From Gammaproteobacteria bacterium (GTDB lineage: Bacteria; Pseudomonadota; Gammaproteobacteria; Arenicellales; Poriferihabitantaceae), in NCBI GenBank assembly GCA_022827325.1, contig JAJDTE010000067.1, positions 41,120 through 105,119 on the forward strand: 64,000 bases of DNA. The letters run 5' to 3'. The notes beneath the pieces were generated by a model. That model searched no databases. It was not told the origin of the DNA and saw only the letters and a program-made list of their open reading frames with translations. A program made the position numbers and the translations under genes. Numbering within the stretch: the stretch's first letter is position 1; every line of letters starts with the position of its first letter. Shown one piece after another: positions 24,417 through 32,843 of the stretch.

Positions 24417-27400
24417 ATGATCGCCTACTTCACCCGCCACCCGGTCGCGGCAAATCTCCTGCTGCTGGGCACGATGATTCTCGGCGGGCTTTCCCTGCCG
24501 GACCTCGAACGGGAGAGCTTTCCGGAGTTTTCCCCCTCCAGGGTTTCGGTATCCGTCGCCTATCCGGGCGCCTCCGCGGCGGATGTCGATGAACTGGTCT
24601 GCCTGGAACTCGACGCCGAGCTCGGCGCGGTGAATGCCCTGGATGTTCTCGACTGTGTCTCGGTGGACGGCAGGGCGACGGCGACGCTGACCATGATGGA
24701 GGGCGGCGACATCAGCCAGTTCTACAACGATGTACTGTCCACCGTGTCGGCAATCGGCGATCTTCCGGCGGAGGCCGAGACACCGGCGGTGTCGATCCTC
24801 GGGCAGAGCGAGCTTGTTGCCTTGCTTGCAGTCTCCGGTATTGCAACCGAAGACAGCCTGATCCGCTACGCCGACGGGCTCGCAAAGGACATCGCCGCCC
24901 TGGAACTGGTCGAGTCGGTGGATGTCACCGGAATCTCCGAGAGCGAATTCCGGATTTCCCTGGACCAGAACGCGCTTCGCCGTTTCGGGATCAGCGCGAA
25001 ATCGGTCTCCGACGAGATCAGCGCCCGGTCGCTTCGTGTGCCCATCGGCACGGTCCGGACCGAGGGTCGGGATATCTTCCTCAGGTATTCCGACGCACGG
25101 CGCACCATTTCAGACCTCGAGAACCTGGTCATCCTGCAGAACGACACCGGAGGGCTGGTCTTTCTTTCCGACCTCGCAACGGTCACGCTCGAGGAACTGA
25201 CGCCGGAGCTGCGCGCCTTCGTGGACGGGGAAAGGACCGCGATCCTGAGAATCAACAAGACCGGGACCGCCGATGCCATTGATGCCTTCGACCAGGTGGA
25301 GACGCTCCTTGGCCGGGAACGGGCAAGGTTTTCCGAACCCTTCCGGATCACCGTGATCAACAATACGACCACGGTCGTGCGGGACCGCATCGCGCTGGTC
25401 TCCGGGAACGCGGTCGTCAGCCTTGCCCTGGTGATCCTCGTCATGTGTTTCTTCTTCACCGTGCGGGAGGCGGTCTGGATTTCCCTGGCACTGCCGTTTT
25501 CGTTTTTCGCCGCGGTTTTCGTGATGGGTATCGTCGGGGTTTCGATCAACATGATCAGCCTCGTGGCGCTCCTCATGGCGATCGGTCTCATCATGGACGA
25601 CAGCATCGTGATCGCGGAAAACATCGCGAAAAAGCGTGACGGGGGCGGCGGGGATTCCGTCGCGCGCAGCGTCCTCGAGGTCATGCCCGGCGTGATTTCC
25701 TCCTTCCTGACGACTACCTGCGTCTTCGTCCCCCTGATGTTCATTTCAGGCGAAATCGGGGCCATCCTGAAGGTGATTCCCGTCGTTCTTCTGATTACGC
25801 TCGGTGCGAGCCTGCTTGAGGCCTTCCTGGTGCTTCCGAACCACATGCACCATGTCCGGACCGACCCCCAGGCCAATGCCCGGCGCCTGGCCCACCGCAT
25901 GCTGGTGCGGATCAGGGATGATTTCGTCCTGCCGACGGCATCCTTGCTTGCGCGCTGGCGGTACCTGACCCTCGGTTCCGTCTTCGCGATCCTGATTTTC
26001 AGCGTCGGCCTGATTGCCTCGGGCACCGTCAAGGTCATCGGCTTCCCGACCATCGAGGGCGATACGGTCGAGGCACGCATCGCACTGACCCCCGGACTGC
26101 CGCTCGAACGCACACAGGCGGTCGTCAGCCAGCTCGAGGACGCCCTGAAAAGGGTTGACGAAGAGCTGACCACCGGCACCGTGGGCAAAGAACCGCTGGT
26201 CCTGCGTGTGCTGACGAGGTTTGCCTTCAACCCGGATGTCAAGGACAACGGTCCGCACACGGCAACCATCACCGTTGACCTGTTGGCCAGTGAACGAAGG
26301 AATGTCTCCGCCGACGAGGTGCTGAACGCATGGCGGGCCGCGGCCGGACCCATCCCGGACCTGGTGCAGGCCAACTTCACCCAGACGGCCCTGGGTCCGG
26401 GCGGGCATGACCTCGATGTCCAGTTGTCCGGACAGGATCTCGCGGAACTCGAACTTGCTGCAACCGAACTGCGAAGCAGCCTGCTCGCACGCGACGACGT
26501 GACGGAGGCTTACCAGGATTTCTATGGGGGCCTGCTGGAGGTCCGGCTGACCCTCAACGAATTCGCCCACGTGAACAACCTGACGCCGCAGGTGGTCGCC
26601 GAGCTGCGCAGCGCTTTCTCCGGAACGGAGACTGACAGCTTTCGCGTCGGGCAGTCGGATATGACGGTGCAGGTCGAACTCGGCGACAGCATTCCTTCGA
26701 TCGATGATCTTGAGGATTTCCCGGTTGCGATTGCCGGCGGCAAACAGGTTTCACTCGGTTCGATTGCCGACATGGATCGTTCGTACGCCTACGGGCAGAT
26801 CACGCGCGAGGACGGCCGGGCCGTCGCCAGGATCCTCGGAAAGATCGACCGCGAATCCACCACTTCCGCCGTCATATCCCGAGTGGTCACCGACGAGCTT
26901 GCGCCTTCGCTGAAGAAGAAATTCCCTGCCGTAAGTATCGAGATCGGCGGTGGCGCCGAAGAGCAGGTTGAGACCCAGAGCTCGATCATCATGGGATTTC
27001 TGTTCGGATTGTTCGGCGTCTACATCGTCCTTGCATTCCAGTTCCGCAGCTACACGCTTCCGCTCATGATCATGCTGTCCATCCCGTTCGCGCTTGTCGG
27101 GACGGTATTCGGGCATCTCCTGATGGGATTGGACATCTCGATGCCGAGCCTGATCGGGTTCGCTTCGCTCTCTGGCGTGGTCGTGAACAATGCCATTCTT
27201 TTCGTGACCTTTTTCATCTCCGAGATTCGCGGGAGCGACTATCTGGCCGCCGCGGTGGAAGCGGTCCGGCACAGGTTCCGGCCTGTGGTGCTTTCCACGC
27301 TCACTACCTTCATCGGCCTGATGCCGATCGTGACCGAGACCAGTCCGCAGGCGCAAGTGCTGGTTCCGCTCGTCGTCTCCGTCGCGTTCGGGCTGCTCTC

Positions 27401-27512
27401 GTCCACCCTGATTGTCGTCTTCGTCTTTCCCTGCATCCTCGGCATCTACTTCGACTTCAGGAATGTCGGGAAATGGCATGCCACATTCCAAGTCAAGTCG
27501 GCTGCAGCTTGA
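24417..27512 (+). CDS. Efflux RND transporter permease subunit (AcrB/AcrD/AcrF family)
   Basis: 1031 aa with the 12-TM, two-large-periplasmic-loop architecture. The N-terminus MIAYFTRHPVAANLLLLGTMILGG is typical of the family. Confidence 0.92.
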   Translation: MIAYFTRHPVAANLLLLGTMILGGLSLPDLERESFPEFSPSRVSVSVAYPGASAADVDELVCLELDAELGAVNALDVLDCVSVDGRATATLTMMEGGDISQFYNDVLSTVSAIGDLPAEAETPAVSILGQSELVALLAVSGIATEDSLIRYADGLAKDIAALELVESVDVTGISESEFRISLDQNALRRFGISAKSVSDEISARSLRVPIGTVRTEGRDIFLRYSDARRTISDLENLVILQNDTGGLVFLSDLATVTLEELTPELRAFVDGERTAILRINKTGTADAIDAFDQVETLLGRERARFSEPFRITVINNTTTVVRDRIALVSGNAVVSLALVILVMCFFFTVREAVWISLALPFSFFAAVFVMGIVGVSINMISLVALLMAIGLIMDDSIVIAENIAKKRDGGGGDSVARSVLEVMPGVISSFLTTTCVFVPLMFISGEIGAILKVIPVVLLITLGASLLEAFLVLPNHMHHVRTDPQANARRLAHRMLVRIRDDFVLPTASLLARWRYLTLGSVFAILIFSVGLIASGTVKVIGFPTIEGDTVEARIALTPGLPLERTQAVVSQLEDALKRVDEELTTGTVGKEPLVLRVLTRFAFNPDVKDNGPHTATITVDLLASERRNVSADEVLNAWRAAAGPIPDLVQANFTQTALGPGGHDLDVQLSGQDLAELELAATELRSSLLARDDVTEAYQDFYGGLLEVRLTLNEFAHVNNLTPQVVAELRSAFSGTETDSFRVGQSDMTVQVELGDSIPSIDDLEDFPVAIAGGKQVSLGSIADMDRSYAYGQITREDGRAVARILGKIDRESTTSAVISRVVTDELAPSLKKKFPAVSIEIGGGAEEQVETQSSIIMGFLFGLFGVYIVLAFQFRSYTLPLMIMLSIPFALVGTVFGHLLMGLDISMPSLIGFASLSGVVVNNAILFVTFFISEIRGSDYLAAAVEAVRHRFRPVVLSTLTTFIGLMPIVTETSPQAQVLVPLVVSVAFGLLSSTLIVVFVFPCILGIYFDFRNVGKWHATFQVKSAAA

Positions 27513-27621
27513 TAACTTGTGCAGCTACCGGGGAATTGCGCGCACTCGACATGTGCCCGGGGTTGCCGCCCGGGATACGGTGCCATTCAAGGCTGCCGGA
27601 TTGAAAACGCTCGATCCCTGC

Positions 27622-28362
27622 TCAGAAATGAAAGCGCAGTGAGACCCCAAGCTTTCTGATGTTGTCGAAATTGTCGTCGGTGTGCCTGCTGTAGGAAAAG
27701 AAGGCACCAACCGACAAACCGTTTTCGGGATAAACATGCCCCCCGATCCTGAGCATGGTCTCGGAGTCCGAAATTTCTGCACCGGTGCGAAGGACATCCG
27801 CCCGGGTATGGATTCGCGAGAGCTGGACTTCGACCTCCAGTCCATCCCTGATCCAGTGGCGTATGCCAAGCGCGGCGCTGAATCCATTACCTTCAATGCT
27901 GGACTCTACGGTGGATACGGCCGGCGGCCCGGACCGGGAGGGCACGACAACCGGAACCAGGTGCTCGACGTTGAAGTCCACTATCGCCAGCGCCTCGGTG
28001 TAGATGCCGGTCCGTTCTCCAGCGTCCCAGTGATACCCGCCGCCCAGGGCAATGGCAGTTTGCTCGCTGTCGAGATCCACGGGAGTGAGCGCCACCTCGT
28101 TCCCGAATTCCTTGGTCTCTCTCGACCATGCGTACTTCACGTAGACTGAATCGGAAACCTCCCAGGAGCCGCTGATCCCGAAGGACCTGCCGTCCGCATC
28201 GACCTCCAAAGGGGCGGCGGCGGTGTTTTCGGTCTTCGACAGGTCCGCCACCAGTTCCAGGTAGCTGTAGCTGAATTCCGCCGCGCTGCCGTTTCCCGAC
28301 AGTCCCGAGAAAACAACGAAGGCGATCAGTGTTCCGTATCTTGTCACGCTCCACCTCCACAT
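27622..28362 (-). CDS. Outer-membrane beta-barrel protein (small porin-like)
   Basis: Signal-like N-terminus ending GSAAEF, an alternating amphipathic beta-strand pattern, and a C-terminal LRFHF with terminal Phe. The start is ambiguous between ATG 28362 and GTG 28347. Confidence 0.65.
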   Translation of the reverse strand: MWRWSVTRYGTLIAFVVFSGLSGNGSAAEFSYSYLELVADLSKTENTAAAPLEVDADGRSFGISGSWEVSDSVYVKYAWSRETKEFGNEVALTPVDLDSEQTAIALGGGYHWDAGERTGIYTEALAIVDFNVEHLVPVVVPSRSGPPAVSTVESSIEGNGFSAALGIRHWIRDGLEVEVQLSRIHTRADVLRTGAEISDSETMLRIGGHVYPENGLSVGAFFSYSRHTDDNFDNIRKLGVSLRFHF

Positions 28363-28586
28363 TCCTGTAAGCCGTGGGAGCGGCCCTTCTGCTTGTATTT
28401 GACGCAGGCTCGAAATCGAAGTTCCAGTGCAGCAGAATATTGTTTATCCCAAAACCATCCGGAACTTTTCTCCAGTTCTTTTCTGGTGGGAATCGGAACT
28501 TTTCTTGCTCGCTCCGGGTCAAGGCGCATTCCAGCCAGAGCCGATGCGGATGATTCCATTGCCCGGTTCTTTTCTGTCTGTTTCAT
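28344..28586 (-). CDS. Hypothetical small basic protein (80 aa), uncertain
   Basis: ORF lying in a visibly lower-GC patch. Its TGA stop overlaps a possible GTG start of the OMP gene (GTGA at 28344-28347). I recognise no family. Confidence 0.25.
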   Translation of the reverse strand: MKQTEKNRAMESSASALAGMRLDPERARKVPIPTRKELEKSSGWFWDKQYSAALELRFRACVKYKQKGRSHGLQECGGGA

Positions 28587-28757
28587 GGGGTCCTTGCCGC
28601 TTAAACACCGTGTCCGGATCCCTGCCGATATATTCGAGGATGATGGCGTAATTGGGAACGAGACTGATATTCCCGGTGCTGCTGCGGGCAGAGCGAACCG
28701 GAGAAAGTTCGCAAGCTGACTTTGCGAGAGGATCGGACAACCCGCCCTGTCCGGAAT

Positions 28758-30431
28758 TCAATCTTCCGTTGGTGCCTTGAACAGATCCTTGCGCAGGGTC
28801 ATCAGTGCCCCGGGATCGATCTTGCCCTGGATCACGGTCGTCTCGTTGCTGGCCAGCGCGTTCGTCAGTGCCGGGCCCATCTCACCCGGACCTTCGACCC
28901 AGATTCCCTGTCCGCCGCAAAGTTCGGCGAACTTGTCGAACCGTGGCGATGTGATTTCGGCTCCGAGAAGCCGCCCGCCGTAGAATTCCTGCTGATAGGC
29001 CATCTCGGCCCCCCAGGCCGCATTGTCGAGAACAACGATCACGACAGGCAAATCGTGGGAGATGGCCGTCTGGATCTCGATCATCGTATAGCCGATGGCG
29101 CCGTCGCCCATGACAGCCACGACCGGACGGTCGGGAGCCGCAGCCTTGGCTCCGATGGCGGCAGCCAGGCCAAAGCCCACCAGCCCGAAGTCCAGGGGCG
29201 TGATCAGGGACCTGGGCTCGAAATGAGCCAGCCGGTCGGCGGCCTGCAGGCAGGTATTTCCCGTGTCGAGTGTCACGATGGCGTTCTTCGGCAGAGCGTC
29301 CCTGATTTCGGCCAATGCGCGGCGTGGATGCAAGGGCAGCGTATCGATGGAGGCCTCCTCGGCGCGTTCTTCCCACAGGCTCTCCATTCCGGAATGGAAC
29401 TCCTCTCTCCATTCGTCGCAATCAGGGCGGCGGGCCGTCATGGACAATGCCTCGGCAGTCAGCCGGGCGTCGCCCTGGGCGGCAATCTCGGCCGGGAAGT
29501 AGCGACCCACCGCCGAGCCTTCGATGTCCACATGGGCGATGCGTGTATCCGGTCCCACGTAGTCATTGCTGTGGAAGGTGGAGTTGAACCCCAGCCGGGC
29601 GCCAAGGACAACCATCACATCGGCCTCCCTGGTCAGGCGGCTGGCCACCCGGTTGCCGCGTGGGCCCGCCTGTCCCGCAAACCACGGATGGCGATGAGGC
29701 ATGACGTCCGCATGGCCGGTCGAGGCGACCACCGGCACCTCCAGCCTTTCCGCCAGGGCCGTCAGGGCATCGCGCCCCGCGCCCCACTTGAAACCGGCGC
29801 CCGCGAAGATGACGGGGCGCCTCGCCTCCGCCATCATTCCCGCAATGGCGGCAACCTCATCGGGTGCCGCAGGCCCCGGCCGGACGAAATTCACCGGCGA
29901 GGGTTCCATGGCGGGAAGTTCGGCTGCAAAGAGATCCCGCGGCACATGCAGCACCACGGGACCGCGCCGCCCGCTATTTGCGAGCCGGATCGCGTCTTCG
30001 AGCATCGGGGGCAGTCGCGAGGGCTCGGTCACCAGGATCGAGCGCTTGCAGATCGGCGCAAACAGCGCCACCTGATCGACCTCCTGAAACGTATCCTTGG
30101 CAAGGTCGGCCCGGGTGATTGCCCCGGCGATGACCACCAGGGGTGAATAGGCCAGGTGCGCCTCGGCCACCGCGGTCACGATGTTAACCACACCCGGCCC
30201 TGCCTGCGCGCCCAGGACGACACCGGGCTTGCCGGTCATGCGGGCCCAGGCATCGGCCATGTGGCCTGCCGCACGTTCGTCCCTGGACCCGACATAGGCG
30301 ATCTCGCCACCCTGATACATGGCATCGTAAAGTTCGAGCATCGACCCGCCCAGCAGGCCGAACACTGTATCGATGCCATTGGCTTTCAGAACTCGATAGA
30401 CGGCTTCGCCGCCATTGATCATTGCCATCAT
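28758..30431 (-). CDS. Thiamine pyrophosphate-binding enzyme (acetolactate synthase large subunit / sulfoacetaldehyde acetyltransferase-like)
   Basis: 557 aa with the three-domain TPP enzyme pattern. The TPP-binding motif is GDGAIGYTMIEIQTAISHDLPVVIVVLDNAAWG. The start ATG immediately follows the upstream gene's TAA stop (TAAATG). Confidence 0.85.
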   Translation of the reverse strand: MMAMINGGEAVYRVLKANGIDTVFGLLGGSMLELYDAMYQGGEIAYVGSRDERAAGHMADAWARMTGKPGVVLGAQAGPGVVNIVTAVAEAHLAYSPLVVIAGAITRADLAKDTFQEVDQVALFAPICKRSILVTEPSRLPPMLEDAIRLANSGRRGPVVLHVPRDLFAAELPAMEPSPVNFVRPGPAAPDEVAAIAGMMAEARRPVIFAGAGFKWGAGRDALTALAERLEVPVVASTGHADVMPHRHPWFAGQAGPRGNRVASRLTREADVMVVLGARLGFNSTFHSNDYVGPDTRIAHVDIEGSAVGRYFPAEIAAQGDARLTAEALSMTARRPDCDEWREEFHSGMESLWEERAEEASIDTLPLHPRRALAEIRDALPKNAIVTLDTGNTCLQAADRLAHFEPRSLITPLDFGLVGFGLAAAIGAKAAAPDRPVVAVMGDGAIGYTMIEIQTAISHDLPVVIVVLDNAAWGAEMAYQQEFYGGRLLGAEITSPRFDKFAELCGGQGIWVEGPGEMGPALTNALASNETTVIQGKIDPGALMTLRKDLFKAPTED

Positions 30432-32843
30432 TTACTCCTCGGATCGGGGCCGCAGGTTTTGCGGGTCATAAAGGGCGTCGCTGTGGACGGTAACGGGGAT
30501 TTCACGGTTCAGGATCTGGACCGTCAGGCCATCGCGCGGGGTGCCTTCGCGGACAAAGAGCCAGCCCAGCGATTTCCCGATGGTGTAGCCGTAACCGCCA
30601 GAGGTGGTCAGGCCTACCGGCCTGCCGCCCCGCAGGACAGGTTCGCCGCCGTGAATATCCATGTCGTCGGCATGCAGTTCCGCGTAGAACAGTTCCCACT
30701 CCGGCGCGCGCCTCAACAAAGCCTCCCTGCCGATGAAATCACGGCCCTCGGTCGCGACAAATCGGTCAAGCCCCACGTCAAATGGACCGATATCCGGGGT
30801 GAGTTCGCCGGAGGCGGGAAAGGCTTTTTCCATCCGCATCCCGTTGAAGGCGTAGGAGCCAAGATCGGTCAGCCCGTGCTGCTCCCCGCCCTCGAACATC
30901 GCATCGTAAAGCTGCCCGATCCGCTCGAGAGGGACGTGGAGTTCCCAGCCCAACTCCCCGACGAAGGACATCCTGAGAGCGTAGCAGGGAATGCCCGCGA
31001 CCGCGATCTCCTGCCCCGACAGCCACGGAAATGCGCCATTGGACAGGTCGGCGTCCGTCAGTTCCGAAAGAATTCGCCGGGACATCGGCCCGGAAAGCGC
31101 CAACATTCCCCAGGCATCCGACCTGTCGACCAGCTGCACGTCATCGCCCGGGCGAATATGCGACTCGATCCACTGGAAGTCTGGACCCGAACGGGCAATG
31201 GCGGATCCGGTGAAATACCGGTCCCCCGCGATCCGCCAGATGGTCATCTCGGTTTCGAACCGCCCCCTGGGGGTCAGCAGGTGGTTCAGGCTGATCCGTC
31301 CGTCCGTGCGGGGAATGCGGTTCGCGGAGAGACGATCCAGCACCGCTCCCGCGTCCTGTCCCGTGATTTCGAACTGGGCAAAGGCCGAGAGATCAATGAC
31401 GCCGGCGGCGGTGCGTGCAGCCCTGGCCTCGCGCCTGGCGTTTTCATGTCAGGACTGGCGGCCCCAGCCGATCTTCTCCCGCTCGCCGACCTCGCCGAAA
31501 TAGCGCGGGCGTTCCCAGCCCGCGACTTCGCCAAAGACCGCCCCCTTGGCGGCCAGTCGCCCGTAGAGCGGATGCCTGCGTAACGGGCGCAGGCTTTCGA
31601 GCTGCCCTCCGGGGCAGGGAGTGTCATGCCGCCGCATGAATTCGTCCTTGGTTCTTTCGACGATATAGGTGTCGTCCGCAAAGCTGCAGAAGCGGCGGGG
31701 GTCGAAGCCGCGGGTGCTGATCTCGGCCTCGCCGTGCACCATCCAGTCCGCCAGGACCTTGCCCGCGCCGCCGCCCCAAGCGAGACCGATGGACGATCCG
31801 CAGGACAACCAGACATTCGGTGCTCCCGACGGGCCGACCAGCATGCCGCCGTCGGGCGTATGGGTAATGGCGCCGCGGACCACGCGCTTGATGCCCAGTT
31901 CGCCGAGTACCGGCATCTTTTCGAAAGCGACCGCCAGGAAATCGCCGATCGAGTCATAGTCGGCCGCGAACAACTCGTTCTCCGCTTCCCAGGGCGCGCC
32001 CTGGGGCATCTGCCAGACGGTCGGGCAGACATGGCCTTCGTAAATGCCGATCAGCCCCGATTTCTGCTCCTGCCGGATGTAGCCGCCAAAGGCATTGTCA
32101 CGCATCACCGGCAACTCGGGCCGTCCGGCGAATTCGGGCACCGTATCGGTGACGAGGTAGTGGTGAAGACAACTGACCGAAGGAATCCTGAGCCCGAACC
32201 ATTCGCCCACCTGATTGGCGTAGGACCCGGCGGCGACGATCACGTGCTCGGCCAGCACTTCGCCCTTTTCCGTTCGCAGGAGCCACAGATCGCCCCGGCG
32301 CGAGGCGCCCGTGACCCTGTTATGCCGCTCGATCATCGCCCCCCGTGCACGCGTGGCGGCGGCCAGTGCCATGGTGACGCCCGACGGATCGACATGGCCG
32401 TCCTCGAAGGTCTGGACCGCAGCCCTGATGTCCGAGGTCCTGTAGAACGGATTGCCCCTGGCCACTTCCGCGGGTCCGACCAGTTCCATGGGCAGATCCA
32501 GCAGCCTGCCGACGCCCATGATGGACTTCATCCAATCCACCTCGTCTTCGGTGGTGGCAATGCGAAAGCCGCCCACCCCGTGCCATCCGATGCTCTGACC
32601 GGTTTCCGCCTCGGCGCGTTGATAGACTTCGATCGATTTCTTGTTGATCCAGCCCATGATCCGGCTGCCCACCGCATGGGCGATCTGACCCGCGGCGTGC
32701 CAGGTGGAGCCGCTGGTGAGTTCCGCCTTTTCGAAGAGGATCGTGTCGGTCCACCCGTTTTCGGCCAGTTGGTACTGGGCCGCGACCCCCATGATCCCGC
32801 CGCCGATGATGGCCACCCGCGTGGTCCGGATCGCATCCGTCAT
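30432..32843 (-). pseudogene. FAD-dependent oxidoreductase + GcvT-fold (dimethylglycine/sarcosine dehydrogenase-like) gene interrupted by one in-frame TGA
   Basis: ORFs 31449-32843 (DAO domain, VAIIGGGIMGVAAQYQL) and 30432-31343 (GcvT C-terminal part) are in the same frame. The frame is 804 codons long and is broken only by TGA at 31449-31451. The intact paralogs next door are 800 and 807 aa. Confidence 0.8.

Noticed and set aside
24866-26380. A 504-aa minus-strand ORF inside the RND pump gene.
   Set aside because: It is antisense to a confidently identified AcrB-family gene. Its sequence is Ser/Arg/Thr-rich and lacks motifs.
31449-31451. The in-frame TGA read as a selenocysteine codon.
   Set aside because: The aligned residue in both paralogs is Trp, not Cys. 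The sequence just downstream (cat gaa aac gcc agg cgc gag gcc agg gct) shows a direct repeat rather than a SECIS-like hairpin. No sel genes are visible in the window.
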